From: Heteronotia binoei
Lineage: Eukaryota
Assembly: GCF_032191835.1 (NCBI RefSeq)
Contig: NC_083226.1
Coordinates: 73,160,001 to 73,224,000, forward strand
Direction: 5' to 3'
DNA: 64,000 bases
A program made the position numbers and the translations under genes. Numbering within the stretch: position 1 is the first letter of the stretch; every line of letters starts with the position of its first letter. The notes under the pieces are model-generated. The model had not been told where the DNA came from. It saw only the letters and a list, made by a program, of their open reading frames with translations, and made no database searches. Of this stretch, positions 1-14,346 are shown in pieces.

Positions 1-2349
1 AAAGTGAACCTCAACCAGAAGAGTCAACACGCGATTCCTTTTGCAGGGCTGCAAGCTGCATAATCAGATGAATGCTTTGCCGAAGAGAGCTGGTATTTGG
101 ACTGCTTTGATGCTTATAAGGCTGGAGTTTTTCCAAGTTGCATTTGTCATCAGGTAACATCTTCAGTAAAGGTGCAATGACATCCCATATGAGGAGCTGA
201 TAGCAAACCATAATGCGTTGATAATTAGTGATTTTGAAGCCATGGGCAGAGGAGGCATAGATTTTTCTGCCTACCCTGTCTAGTTTACCACTTCTTTATC
301 AATAGGGGCTGAGTGCCCCTATTCTTCCCTTGAATGTGGACTGCAATCAAAGAACTAGCTGTGGGGAACTGGAAGAGGAAAGAACATCCTTCCTGCTTGG
401 TTATGTATTGATTCTCAATAAGCTTAGTTGAAGGTGGCACTGATGCCAGGCATAACCAAGGTCCAGATGTGATTTCCAGTATGGTATTCATAACAGGAAA
501 GGCAACAGGTCCCATGTTCCTCAGATCCATAACTTTAAATACTGTATCCATGGCCCTTGGAGGTGTGCAGGGTACATCAGTTTAAGGGACTGACCTATTT
601 GGATTGCTTGTTGTATTATGCACAAATCGTTGCTCTGGGAGTATAGATGGTTCAGGCATAGCATCATCAGGTGAGGTTTCAGAGGCATAGACTATCTCTC
701 TGTCCTCATAAACAGGCTGATCATATTCCAAAGCCATCTTACCAAGAGACTGTGCTTCGTAATGTGGCTGTGGATCATTACAGGGGTATCAAACATGAAG
801 TCCAGGGGCTGAATCAGGCCCCCAGAGGGCTCCTTTCAGTCCTCCAAGCAACTGGTTGTCATCTGCTTTCTTCTCCCTCTCTTTTGCTTCCTTCTTCATC
901 ACAACTTGCTTTGCAAGGCTTGCTTAATCACACAAGCCACATTGGCTGAGGCTCCTCCCTTGGGGAAGAAAGGGAAACAGATAGCTTGCTTTGCTAGGCT
1001 CTCTTAATCACAAAGCAGAGCTACTAAGTCTCTCTTCTTTCTATTGGCTGAGGCTCCTCCCCCTCCTGGTCCCCTGGGGAAGAAAGGAAAGATCCAGAGC
1101 TTCCTTCGCCCAGTTCCCTATATCGCACAGGAGAGCACCTTAAAGACCAATGAGTACTAATGTTTTAATCATGCTTTATTTTATGATTTTTAAATATCTT
1201 CGTGTTTGTCTGTATCCTTTATAAAGTTTATATCTCTGCTACCTGGCATTATATTTTATGACATACATGGCCCAGCCCAGTCACATTTATGTCAGATCCA
1301 GCCCTCATAACAAATAAGTTTGACACCACTGATCTAGAAGATAGCAGCTTACTTCTGCTTGATCAGAACCAAGGGGAGCATATGGATCTCAGCCCTAGTC
1401 ATAAAAGTAAGAGTGGAGATCTTGGTATGGTAATCAAGATGAGATTAAATGCAAATCCATGATGTCTGATTGGGGTGGTGGATCTGAACAGCAAGATAGG
1501 GGGTTCAGTTGATGACATGTAATTGGGGGTTTCAAGTCCTGTACTTGGCCTTCCAAGACGGAGTGGAATGAGTACAGTGAGCAAACTGATGCAGAGGAAT
1601 TCTCAGAAAAAGGACTGTCTCCTTGACTGTTTCCAAGGATAGTGAGGAATCGAGTCTTTAGGGTGAATATAGGTAGGGATAGAAAATGACTTTCACTTGG
1701 GATGCTTCTGTGGGTGTTTGGGATGAACTTCTTTAAGTGGTGGATCTGAAAAGCTACTGTTCAGGGATACGGGGAACAACTTTTCCTGGATTTTTTACCA
1801 CACCTCAGGTGGTCAGATTTGACCTTGGAGCCACTAGAACCAAAGATGCTGAGATCTGTCTGTTGGTGTTCAAGGTCAGAGATGCACTTGGATAAAGCCT
1901 CTTCCTGAAGCAAAGCTTTTAAGTGGAAAATTCTATCATGCCTTTCCTTGGGAGTGAACTGGCAACAAGTAGAGCAGCAAGAGTCAAGGCATAAAGGGCA
2001 TTTTTCATGGTCATCCATGTGGGAGATTTTTGACCCACATTTTTGCGCCATTTTCTGGGCATTAAGCTCAGTTTAGGCAGAGGAACTGATGTAGAATTGT
2101 CAGAAGTTTGTGCTCATTGGAGAAGAAACAGAACTTCTACTAAAAAACCTTTCTCAACAGCCGTAGGGAGAGAACTAAGCAATGGGCACTCTGGCCTCTC
2201 TATGTCACACTGCAAAAGGCAGGAAACAGCATGGAGAAAGGAGCTGGAGAGCCCTCAAGGATTTTTTGAGCTTTAAAAACCAGTCAACAGTAGGCCTGTG
2301 TGTATACAGTACCTATGTGTGACTGCACAAGTACCACAAAGATGAAAAC
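1..2349 (-). mobile_element. Degraded DIRS-like retrotransposon (copy C), 5' part with gag remnants; continues off the left edge
   Basis: Minus ORF 1761-2051 (KCGSKISHMDDHEKCPLCL..CCQFTPKERHDR) resembles the Cys/His gag N-terminus of the DIRS at 34480. ORF 11-211 (CYQLLIWDVIAPLL) resembles gag ARYQYSIWEQLTPLL at 32878. The terminus ...gatgaaAAC (2341-2349) resembles the DIRS-A terminus. Confidence 0.7.
781..1331 (+). mobile_element. hAT (Charlie-like) MITE inserted in DIRS-C
   Basis: TIRs CAGGGGTATCAAAC and GTTTGACACCACTG (12/14 match). Same family as 57600-57765. No clean TSD. Confidence 0.6.
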
Positions 2350-3040
2350 TCAGTTTTCAGGAAGCTAAATCCTGCATCTGAGGATACATTCTAAAGTCTT
2401 CTTGGCTATCATGGAATCATTGTATGACAAAGCCATGTGCAGACAGTATGGAATATAGTCAGGATTCAGCCAACCACACAGTTCCTCCTATGGAACAGAA
2501 TTTCTGTTTGCAAAAAGAGGGAGCAGAGGTATCTGCAAATTCCACCTTGTCTTTCCCCCCCCCTATATTCCACTGATTCAGCCTTTTGTTCCTGGAGGCT
2601 GAAAACCCCCAGGAACAAAAGTGTGGGTATAGCAGGCTGCAGCAGGATGGGAAGATCCTGTTCAACCAAGTCTGAAGATAACAAGAAGCACACAATTCAG
2701 TGTTAAAACACTGCCAGTTCCAATAAGGTAACAGGAGGCAGTGAGCTGAAGGAGCAAGCAAGGAAGGAAAGAACATTTACAGACTGCCTAATCAAGTACA
2801 GAGAAAACAGGAGATGAAACATTTGAAATTAGACACTTCTATTTTGGCCTGCTAGTTACAGAACATACTACTTGTCTACTTATCAGATGTAATCATAACA
2901 TTTAATGCGGGGATTTCTGAAGCTACTGAGACAACAGAACTATTTTATTCATGCCATCAGCAATACTGGTTGGTCTTTCTGCCCTTTTCAGACTAGGCTG
3001 GGATTTTGCTTTTATAATTTGCATCAGATGACTATACTTC

Positions 3041-3532
3041 TGTCATGATCCTAGGCGTAGTGTAGCCTACAGGCTGGAAAGTAGCTACAAGGTCTACATT
3101 TCCCAGGATCCCTTCTGTCCCTCTGAATAGGTAGGCAGCAGTTTTGGAGGGAAAACTTGCCTGAGGGGTGGGACCTGGAAGGAAAGAAATAAAAGGTCAG
3201 CTAGGAGAGGAAGAGTTGTTCTCTCTGAAAAGGCTTGGCTGGAAGAAGGCTGCCGTCATGAGAGCTCCCTCATCCAAAGAGTGGTGAGTCAGTTGGAATT
3301 AGAGGAAGGAACCGTATAGCTAGTCGCATCAGGGCTTTTATTCCTTATAACACCTTTACTGTTTCCATGTTCACTATTGTATTAAAAGTTACAAGTCACT
3401 TGTTTATTCTTGAGCACTTACAATAAACTTACTATTGTTATACTGTAGCTAAGAGACACTGCCTAGCTCATGCAAGCACCCCAAAAGGCAGGGGTCCCTA
3501 CTATTGACCAGAACCAGAGATCCCAAAAGACA
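3041..3532 (+). mobile_element. Possible solo LTR
   Basis: TGTCATGA start, CA end, AATAAA at about 3422. No TSD found. Confidence 0.3.
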
Positions 3533-3635
3533 GGCCAAGTGAGAACACTCTATGCCTGAGCCAAAGAGCCAGCCAAGGCTCTATACAAAAGATTTCTGTC
3601 TAAGGTTGCAAAAGGCATCCTCGAGGGATATTTCC

Positions 3636-3910
3636 AGCCAGTTTGGTGTAGTGGTTAAGTGTGGGGACTCTTATCTGGGAGAACCGGGTTTGATTCCCCA
3701 CTCCTCCACTTGCACCTGCTGAGATGGCCTTGGGTCAGCCATAGCTTTGGCAGAGGTTGTCCTTGAAAGGGCAGCTGCTGTGAGAGCCCTCTCCAGCCCC
3801 ACCCACCTCACAGGGTGTCTGTTGTGGGGGAGGAAGGTAAAGGAGACTGTGAGCCGCTCTGAGACTCTTCGGAGTGGAGGGCGGGATAGAAATCCAATAT
3901 CTTCTTCTTC
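3636..3910 (+). mobile_element. tRNA-derived squamate SINE (Squam3-like, long variant)
   Basis: Box A TGGTGTAGTGG, box B-like GGTTTGATTCCC, (CTT)n tail. Homologous to the minus copy at 61101-61352. Confidence 0.85.
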
Positions 3911-5142
3911 ACTCCCCCCCCCCCCACACACACACACCCTGCAATAAAATAACGATAATGAGTTCCATCAGGTAAAGTATCTGCATTCTCAAAGCTGGAT
4001 GGAAACATCTGGCTAATCTCCTGTCTCCAGAACCCCACTCAATCCCTTGTGGGTGATACCTATGCTGATGTACAAATCCATTGTACACAAGCCTATCCCT
4101 CCTGTCTCCTCCCTCAGAATACTGGGATAAAATTAATCTAAAACATTAAACCATTATGATCCTTCCTGAAACCCATCAGGAACCAATTTCCACCTTTTGT
4201 TTAAAACTGGTAATCTATTCAATTTGCTCTGGAAAGCCCATCAACAATCATTAAAACCATTACATTCCAGAAAGAAAGATCACCTGTCAAAATCCTATAA
4301 ATACTGAGAGCGAATCACATCCCAGTGTGCAATCTGAAGGTGTCTAGATGGATTACACCCCCAAAGTCTCTCCTTTCGGTCTCCTTCTTAATGTTACACA
4401 CTGGCCATTCACATTCCCTTCTACGTGGACGTCAGCATATCTGAAAAGGTAGTATCACTCCATAACTGCTCCTAAAAATCTCTATTTTTCACTCTTTATC
4501 TTCCTAGTCCTCGATTGTGTGTATACTTTGATTTCTTAAGTGTGATTGTAACACAACATATTTTTCAAGTAAAATTCTTTAAATCCCTTTAAATCTGGAG
4601 TCTTCTTACTGAGCTCAGACTCACTATACAAAAGTGTTCAATCCCTGTGTCCTCTTGGCTTTCCTGATCTCATAGCTAATCTCTACAACAGAGAGACTGA
4701 GCCATTTTGGGTAACGATACTGCCTGGGTCTGCACACCTCTTCTGTCACAGATAAAAGGTGCTTGCTAAGAAGGAAGTCAGGGGTCGAGTGGGTGCTCTG
4801 GGCCCTTTCAGAAAGACCCTTACCAGAGTGATCGCAGCCAGTAGAAGGCCGTCCCAGGTCCCTTGCTTGTGACAACTTCATAGAGCTTTTGTGCAGCTCC
4901 CAGGAGAGAAAAAAAGGCAGAAACAATTCCAACTTAGAATGGCTATAATAGACCTGCATCTAATGGAACAGAAAAGTGCACTATGAGCCCAAAGTTGGAG
5001 CCTGATATAAAGTGTAAGGAAGCAAGATATTTGTGTCTTGTGAAGGGAAGGGTGTGATACGGAAAGAACAGTGGCTGAAACATAAAATCCAGCCAAAATG
5101 TCAGACCACCCTTCCAGTGGTCAAATATTGATCAGTTTTTTA

Positions 5143-5529
<387 letters not shown>

Positions 5530-5628
5530 TTATTTATAATAGTGGCCAATGACATTTCATGTGGCATCCAGATTCTAACCACTTGGACTATTCTGAGTTG
5601 AAAAGAGCCACTGATAATCCTGTCTCCT

Positions 5629-5855
5629 GAAGAAGAAGGAGGAGGAGAAGATTCACTCCAAGTCTCAGAGTAGTTTACAATCTCCTTCCCTTTCTCTCCC
5701 CCACAAGAGATACCCTGAGGTAGGTGGGGCTGAGATAGCTCTGATAGAACTGTGACTGACCCAAGGTCACCCAACAGCTGCTTGTGGAGGAGTGGGGAAT
5801 CAAACCTGGTTTTCCAGATTAGAGTCCACTGCTGTTAACCACTACAGCAAATTGT
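5629..5855 (-). mobile_element. Squam3-like SINE
   Basis: Reverse-complement homology to 3636-3910; (CTT)n tail. Confidence 0.8.
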
Positions 5856-6839
5856 TCACTAGACCACAGCTAAAGAAATTCATCTTAAATTCTGCCTTTG
5901 AAATATGGCACTCTACTTGGTTTTCAGGAGAATTCCTTCCAACTTATTCCCAAATAAGTTTAGAAAAAAGAACCAGAGACAAGACAAGTTTGCTTTTTAA
6001 AAGGTGCAATACACGGCTATTGCAACCAACCCTACATGAATCATTCTGACTACACCACTAGGCCTTCATTGGTAAGGAGGGGCTCACTTTAGAGAGTTTA
6101 ATTATTAATATCTCAAATTTCATATAGTGAATAATGTTTACTAAAAAACTAAGGAGAAAAAGCATGGGAAACATTCCAGGCCTCAGCTATTACAGGTTTT
6201 AGGCTATAAATGCACTGCTTGTCAAAATTCTCACTTTTAATAGCAACATTAGAGTGCTAAAAATTTTGTTGCAGCCAAAAGGATAAAACCAATAACAAAT
6301 CATGCAGAGCTAGTAAGGGAAAAGGCATTTTTTCCTCAATGTTATACTCCCCATACAAGAGTAGGGAAAAAAATTGTTATTCAAGGAGACTTTGTTCTGA
6401 TCTCATGGGCTGCAAAAAAACAACAGTACATCCTAAAGTTAAAAAAAACTTGGACTGTGCCAGAAATGCATAATTCATAGACATATATTCAAGCAAAGAT
6501 ATTCGGTATCTAGTAATGGGACGTCATGAGAAAAAGGCATAGTAACAAATGCACAAGAAAAAGGCATAGTAACAGACTTGGTGTAACACTCCATGAAATA
6601 TCATCATAAAAATTATTGTTTTTATATGGCTTTATGACTTTGGTACTTTTACAACAACTGGTTTTTATATCTCCACCTTCTTTATCTCCCAAATTTAAAA
6701 ATCACTTACTTTGACACAAGAAGGTGTCAGCCAAAGATCTCTACAGTAGCAACTTACCATAAGAGAGAAAGCTTCATGATGAAAGTTCCTGAACTGTTTA
6801 CTAGTAAACTGAATTTGTTACCAAGCCCATACGTATTGC

Positions 6840-7019
6840 AACACTCAGGCAGGATGGTAGCATACGTAACACCTCATACACATTTTATCTTCCCAACATC
6901 CCTGTGAGGTAGATTACATTGAGAATGTATGATTGGCCCAGTTGCCCAGCAAGCTGCATGCTAGAAAGGGAATTTGAATCCATGTCGCCTCACTCAAGTT
7001 CGCTAAACACACTGGCTCT
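6840..7019 (-). mobile_element. Old degraded tRNA-SINE fragment
   Basis: ccctgtgaggtag and gggaatttgaatcc blocks shared with the other SINEs. Confidence 0.5.
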
Positions 7020-7486
7020 AGGTACCACAGTTAACAAAGCCAGTTGCTTGCTGTTGGTCAGTTTTACATTATATATGAAAATGCCCACATTTTACTGACA
7101 GGCAATGCAATGTCTTTTAAAGAACTAAACAAATTATTCTACTACCATTCTATTATGATTCTCCATCTTTCATGTTCTTCAAATAATTAAATATAAAAAT
7201 CAGATTTTCATGCAACATATCATGTTTGGCAAAATTTTATTTGTCTTACAAATGTGGACAAGGTGAAAGGGCTGAGAATAACCATCATAATTTTTTCACA
7301 CAATCAAAAATATGGAAATGGGGTCTTATAAAATTTTTGCAATATATAAGAGCAGAAATTCAGTCTATCTGCCATTGGCTTGTAATCCTAATAGAAATGC
7401 TGTTCATCTTTAAAGTGCCACTAGACTTCTGTTTTATAATAGAAGCTTTATGAAATTTCTGCACTGGATGCCCAAGGAAAACCTCA

Positions 7487-7789
<303 letters not shown>

Positions 7790-10700
7790 TTAAAAATTCA
7801 CAACTCAAATGCTTCAATTAGTAAATCACATCTGTGGTCTAATTTATACAGTGAGTTGGAGCCCATGTGATGCTGCCATTGATGGAAAGGTTTCTTGCCT
7901 ACCTTCTTGGACTGCAGTTTCTTGCATACCCTCTTGGACTGCATTCCCAACCCCCTCGTGCTTTTCCAAGGAGGGGGCTGTTTCCCTGCAGAAGCAGTTT
8001 GGGGAGTGACATTTTTGGGATGCAGCAAGAACAGAGAGGTAAAAAAGTTGCTCTGTGAGAACCAAGTCATTATGAGCAACAGGACAGAAAGGCCATGGAG
8101 TAGCTGCCTCATCTGAAGAAAGCTAATAATCTGTTCAGAGACACAGTTAATTGCTACAGCAGCACCATCAGCCTTCAGGCCTGATTCTGGGGAAGTAATC
8201 TGGTAACCAGGACTGCTCAAGTGATTTATTTCCTTCAAAGGCAACCAGTACTGTATAAACTGACTTTTAACAAAAATACATCAGCACAAGAAATGCTAAT
8301 CACAAGAGTGGTGACAAACTACAGTATAAAATACTATATTTCAAAGGATATTGTGGCCTTGGTTAAGGCACATGACAGAGTATTTTTTTTAAAAAACAAC
8401 AACCTATATTCCACAAATATGCATTAAATTGGAAAAATAATCACCAAACCCCAGAGTCTAAAGATTAAACTTTTTATTGTTAGAGAAATACAAACACAGA
8501 ATAACTGGTGACCATTAAGGGTCTCTAAACAATGGCCAGTTAGAGTCAAAGTGCTGAGAACATCTGAAGAATCTTTCAGTTGGAAGAGTTTAGATTAATA
8601 AAAATAGAATCAATACAAAACATCTTATTTGAATTTATGTACCATTCTTTTTCTTAAATTCACATCTGCCAACCAGTGAGCACTACATGCAACTGAACAT
8701 GGATGCATCCCTGTGTTTATCTGGTGGTATGGCCTCCCATGACTCCCAGTAAGTATATGACTGTTTCTTGTAATCAGTTTACTGAAAGAAGGGTTTTACA
8801 TGCAAATCAATTCTTAAAGAGGAATTTGGGTCACATGGTTGAGCACTCACTTTCCCTACACCAAGTCCTTAGCTTTCCAGTGATTCACATCTGATGTCAA
8901 AACCTGCTGAGTTATCTTGGGGCATGTAGATATTATGGAGAGAGGCAGGAATCCATGCGGTCATTTGATTCAAAGTCCCAAAGACACCCAAAGAGGAATT
9001 TTAAAAGAAATGGAAATAGAGCCAAATAGAATACTGTCCCTTATTCCTTTCTGTACTGTATTTTCATTTAAATACTTCTCTGTCATTTGCTAAATTATCT
9101 CTGTAGGAAATTGATTCTGTAATTTAGTTAATTAGTTTGCTCTTCCTTCCTTTTTAACAGCCAGGTAGCTGCCAGTCCAGACACACAAATACAATTAGCT
9201 TTCCTATCAACAACAATGGCTTGGAGCATTTTAATTAGATGTTATTGGTTACTTTAGGTCTTTTTACATCTTTTGAAGAACCAAAATGGCCAGATGCCAC
9301 TTTGATCATACAAATGTATTTGTCAGAAAGTTGTATTCTCACACATTACTAAAGTCAGATGTATCAAAAAAAGTTATATGTTATTAGTAGATCCCAAAAC
9401 AAGATGAAATGTAGGTTTTAGAAGGTGTTGATTTGGAAGAGAAAAGACAATTGCAGTGATGTGCCAAAGCAGTGCCAGTTCTCCTTCAGACAATTTACCA
9501 CTTCGAACAGCAGTACACCATCTTAAATTGTATACTATTGTTTTATTGATTTTATTGCTATTTATTAACATTCTGTATTTTAAAAAGTTTTATTGTATAG
9601 TTTAAATTGTTGTTACCCAGTCTGAGCTGATTTTGGGAGAGAGGGATAGAAATTACTTTAAATTTAATATATACATATACATTATCTTTTTCCTGACAGA
9701 ATCATGACCCCAACACATATGACAGTAATAGATACATAAACACAAAAATTATAATCAGCTATATTGAAAAAAAACATTTAATTGAAACAGTTGTCCAAGA
9801 GCCAGTTCAAGCTGCATGATGGACTCTTCCGAATAATCCTGTTTTATGGCCACACCATAAACCCTTCAACCCTTCTGGGAGTCTGTTCAATAGAAGTGGG
9901 GCAGCAACATAAAAGCTCATGGTATGGGCCATCACAGACCATTTCCTTCAGTACAGGGGAACTTTCATGAGTAATGCAAATGGTACAAGTTATTCCCTAA
10001 ACTTAATTATCTGAAAGGGTACAAAAAGGCACTTTAATGATCCATCGCTACTGACAGCTTGATCAATTATTAAAACAATACAAAGAGTTGGAAAGGTCAC
10101 AGAGTTCAATGGGACTTGCCCCTAAAATATGCACAGGACTGTAGCCCAAGTGTGCCAAATACACATAAGAGAGTATATAAAAACAAAGAGTAGTTCTATA
10201 GCAACTTTAGGCATTGATAATATGTATAAACAGATAAAGGATAATTCTCATGCAGCTAATATCTGAGCATATCACTGATGTTGAAAGGCACTCAGTTTTT
10301 AAAAATTGTGGATATTGAATTCTGTTAGCATGTTATTCGAGTGGTGATGAACAACAGAAACTGGTTATCCATGGGTAGTTCTTTCAATAGCAGCAGAATG
10401 GAAAATGAGAATGTATTCCTAAAAGACTTATTAATTAAAAACAAAATGAATAGTGACTAGTTCTCATTGTTGTGAATTTATTTAGAAAGAAGAGCTAATA
10501 AGTATTATTACACAAATGCACACACATGCACACCACAAATGCTAAGAGTTGTTATAGGTAAGAGACAATGTAACACGTCAGCTGAGATGTGAAGATTTTC
10601 TGGGAGGGAATGGGAAATCTCTGCCCTACTAAGCAAAGGATATTCAGCTTGGATGCTGCATCCCATTTACAAAATAAATTCAATGTGACATCTCGATTTG

Positions 10701-11227
10701 TGTGCCTGAAAGAAACTAGCTTTCAAACTGAAGCTGAAAACTCTCCTGCTGTCAATATGAATCTGCAGCAGACAGCACATTATCTGTACTCCTACACCAG
10801 AAATTTTCAATAGACTTATCTATCACAGATAAGGATATGCCATCAGAAAGTTGCTATGGGTAACTGCAGGCATCCTGCTGCCTTGGGGTGATCAGGCATA
10901 ACGTCAGTCTACTTTCAAAGGCAAATAATGAAAGAAGATCAGCTCACCACCTAGGATTCTCAAAGTTTATCTTGTCTATTTATATAGTACATACAGGCTA
11001 AAATGGAAGGAGCTTCCAGCTAAGGGGAGGGAGAAAGCAGACGAAGAGAACTTCAAGTAGTCTGGGTGAAGATGGTTTATAAAGTAAAATTTAAGCAACA
11101 AAGGCTGGGGAACATAGGACATATTGCCTTTCAAGACACAGGTATCCCAGTCTCCTAACTGCTATTGGCTCTACTTCCTGGTTCCTGAGACTTTGCCAGT
11201 CAGACATTTCCAGACACCTTTCCACAA

Positions 11228-11886
11228 TAGGCTTGCCAATCCCAGGGTCCCAGCGGGGTTTCTTCCGCTTTCCCAGGCTGCTTTCCGCCCCCAGTTAGCT
11301 GGCCGGTGGGAGGAAGCCCCGCCCCCAGAGGATCATGTGCCTTTGGAGGCTTCAGTCTCTGATAGAAAGGCTTCCTCTTGGGATGGTGTGTCTGTGTTAC
11401 TTTGAAGAAGTTGGCAGCAACTTGTGAGTAGAGAGGCCAATCTGTCGCTTCAATCGCCAGAAGGTGGGGTGGGGAGGGAAACATCTGCTGAGCACTTCAT
11501 TATTCCCTATGTGGAGATTGATTCTCATAAGATATAATGGGGAATTGATCTGGAGGTTTTGTGGGCTCTGGGGAAGCTGTTTTTTGAGATAGAGGCACCA
11601 GTATAGCATCTAGTGCCTCTCCACAAAGTACCCCCCAAGTTTCAAAATGATTGGACCAGGGGGTCCAATTCTATGAGCCCCAAAAGAAGGTGCCCCTATC
11701 CTTCATTATTTCCTATGGAAGGAAGACATTTAAAAAGGTGTGCTGTCCCTTTAAATGTGACAGCAAGAACTTCCTTGGAGTTCAATTATGCTTGTCACAC
11801 CCTTGTTCCTGGCTCTGCCCTGAATGTCTCCTGGCTCCACCCCCCAAAGTTCCCAGATATTTCTTGAATTGGACTTGGCAACCCTA
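11228..11886 (+). mobile_element. hAT (Blackjack-like TIR TAGGGTTGCCAA) MITE
   Basis: TIRs TAGGCTTGCCAA and TTGGCAACCCTA; perfect 8-bp TSD TTCCACAA (11220-11227, 11887-11894). Confidence 0.9.
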
Positions 11887-12054
11887 TTCCACAACCACAC
11901 AGTCAGAAACCTACTATTTTTAAAAAATGAGTATCAGCAAAATGTTGAAAACTTCAGGATATCAAAATCCACACTAAGTACTATGTTCAGCTGTCAGCTG
12001 CAACAGCCCAGCCTAGGCAAATCCTGTTCTAATGCTTCCAAGGTTAGTGAATAC

Positions 12055-13239
12055 TTAAGAACATAAGAACATAAGAGAAGCCATGTTGGATCAGGCCAAT
12101 GGCCCATCCAGTCCAACACTCTGTGTCACACAGTGGCCAAAAAAATTATATACACACACACACAGTGGCTAATAGCCACTGATGGACCTCTGCCCCATAT
12201 TTTTATCTAACCCCCTCTTGAAGCTGGCTATGCTTGTAGCCGCCACCACCTCCTGTGACAGTGAATTCCACATGTTAATCACCCTTTGGGTGAAGAAGTA
12301 CCTCCTTTTATCAGTTCTAACCTGTCTGCTCAGCAATTCATCGAATGCCCATGAGTTCTTGTATTGTGAGAAAGGGAGAAAAGTACTTCTTTCTCTACCT
12401 TCTCCATCCCATGCATTATCTTGTAAACCTCTATCATGTTACCCCGCAGTCAACGTTTCTCCAAGCTAAAGAGCCCCAAGCGTTTTAACCTTTCTTCATA
12501 GGGAAAGTGTTCCAGCCCTTTAATCATTCTAGTTGCCCTTTTCTGGACTTTCTCCAATGCTATAATATCCTTTTTGAGGTGCGGTGACCAGAACTGCACA
12601 CAGTATTCCAAATGAGACCGCACCATCGATGTATACAGGGGCATTATGATACTGGCTGATTTGTTTTCAATTCTCTTCCTAATCATTCCCCGCATGGCAT
12701 TGGCCTTTTTTATAGCAATCGCACACTGTCTTGACATTTTCAGTGAGTTATCTACCATGACCCCAAGATCTCTCTCTTGGTCAGTCTCTGCCAGTTCACA
12801 CCCCATCAACTTGTATTTGTAGCTGGGATTCTTGGCCCCAATGTGCATTACTTTGCACTTGGCCACACTGAACCTCATCTGCCACGTTGACACCCACTCA
12901 CCCAGCCTCAACAGATCCCTTTGGAGTTCCACACAATCATCTCTGCTTCTTTCCACCCTGAACAATTTAGTGTCATCTGCAAACTTGGCCACTTCACTGC
13001 TTACTCTCAACTCCAAATCATTTATGAACAAGTTAAAGAGCATGGGACCCAGTACTGAGCCCTGCGGCACTCCACTGCTTACTGTCCTCCACTGCGAAGA
13101 CTGCCCATTTATATTCACTCTCTGCTTCCTATTAATTAGCCAGTTTTTGATCCACAAGAGGACCTGTCCTTTTACTCCATGACTCTCGAGCTTACTAAGG
13201 AGCCTTTGATGAGGAACTTTATCAAAAGCTTTCTGGAAG
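12055..13239 (-). mobile_element. 5'-truncated CR1 LINE (RT C-terminal half plus 3' UTR)
   Basis: ORF 12450-13268 has KAFDKV, GVPQGSVLGP and FADD motifs. (TTCTTATG)n 3' microsatellite at 12055-12075. Confidence 0.93.
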
Positions 13240-13815
13240 CTTGGCTGAAGCAATCCACCACACCCCATAAAAATTTACAATGCAAGTCCAGAACTTGGTG
13301 TGGATTTTTATATCTTGGTCTTCAGACCAGCTCTTAGTGCTACAAAGATGGGCTTGAGGAATGTAATGTGTAATGTGATCTCATACATCAGAAGGGAAGC
13401 TAAGCAGGCCTATCATGGCTATAGCTTCAGGGACATCACATTTTACCTTCCCTTACTATTAGCAGAAAGGAAATTATGCAATTAATAAATCTGAGTTTTA
13501 AAACATACACACAAATAATAATCTGCAGCAGTCTACCTACAGTTGCTGCTTACAAGTATCCTTTAACTAAGATGTGTTTCTTCCTGGTATAATAAGAAAG
13601 GGTCAGCAGTACTGTGCCTAAGTCCATTTATGCTTTCTGAAACCTAAAAATAAACAAGCTTCAGGCCATCCTAAAATCAGAAGCAGAGACTTCTCCCATT
13701 ACCTCCTCTAAAGCCATTTCTTCCATTAGAGTTCTATTTTCTACCCCTTCAACACACTTCTAGGGAGGAAAGATAGGAACAGATCTTGGGCTAAACAGGA
13801 AAGGTGGGTTGGAAG

Positions 13816-14004
13816 CAATGCTACCTCTAAGCTGTAGAGTCTTGTGAGCAAAAATTCTGTTTTGTGAGCTACTGGCATTAAAGTTGTGAGTGACTGCATG
13901 AATTAGTTTGCTTTGGGACCATTTATCCTACACGAAGACAAAAATGTGTGAGCCGGAGCCTAAAAAACTGAGCTAACCCACACTCAGTGTTAGAGGGAAC
14001 ACTG
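13816..14004 (+). mobile_element. hAT MITE (TIR CAGTGTTCCCTCTAA family)
   Basis: Homologous to 37220-37413; TSD GTTGGAAG/GTTGAAAG (7/8). Confidence 0.8.
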
Positions 14005-14269
14005 GTTGAAAGTACTTTGAAATAAATAAATATTGCCAATAACTTTTTACTACTAGCCACTACTGGTATATGCTACTGTTAAGAGTAGTATAAAAATACT
14101 AGGCTTCCATAGTGGTGATGTTATTTCTATCTCCGCATTATCAGTAGAAAACTGTCACATCTCTGGAAAAATTCAACATACCATTACCTCTGGATTTCTA
14201 AACCAATGATATAAGGTAAACAAATGAGCTCTGGCTAGTTCAAACTTAACAACATCAGCAGTTACTTAC

Positions 14270-14346
14270 GGTTTTCCTCCAGGGATTCCAGCCAGATTTG
14301 GGGGGATGCCAGGTACTCTCATATGAGGAGGAGGGTCAAATCCAAC
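14270..14346 (-). CDS. TLE1: TLE1 exon 14-equivalent (VGFDPPPHMRVPGIPPNLAGIPGGKP)
   Basis: 77 nt; acceptor ttttcag, donor CC|gtaagt. Not in the ORF track; read by hand. Confidence 0.95.

Noticed and set aside
3636-3710. tRNA gene
   Set aside because: A/B boxes continue into a SINE body and (CTT)n tail, and the sequence recurs at several sites; no acceptor stem closure.
7950-8250. Possible conserved enhancer or 148-aa ORF (7798-8244) upstream of exon 15
   Set aside because: No recognisable protein, and conservation cannot be judged without an alignment.
12450-13268. 272-aa and 563-aa (52197-53888) ORFs as host genes
   Set aside because: They are CR1 and L2 reverse-transcriptase remnants with premature stops or a mutated YADD. 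Overlapping plus-strand ORFs are antisense shadows.
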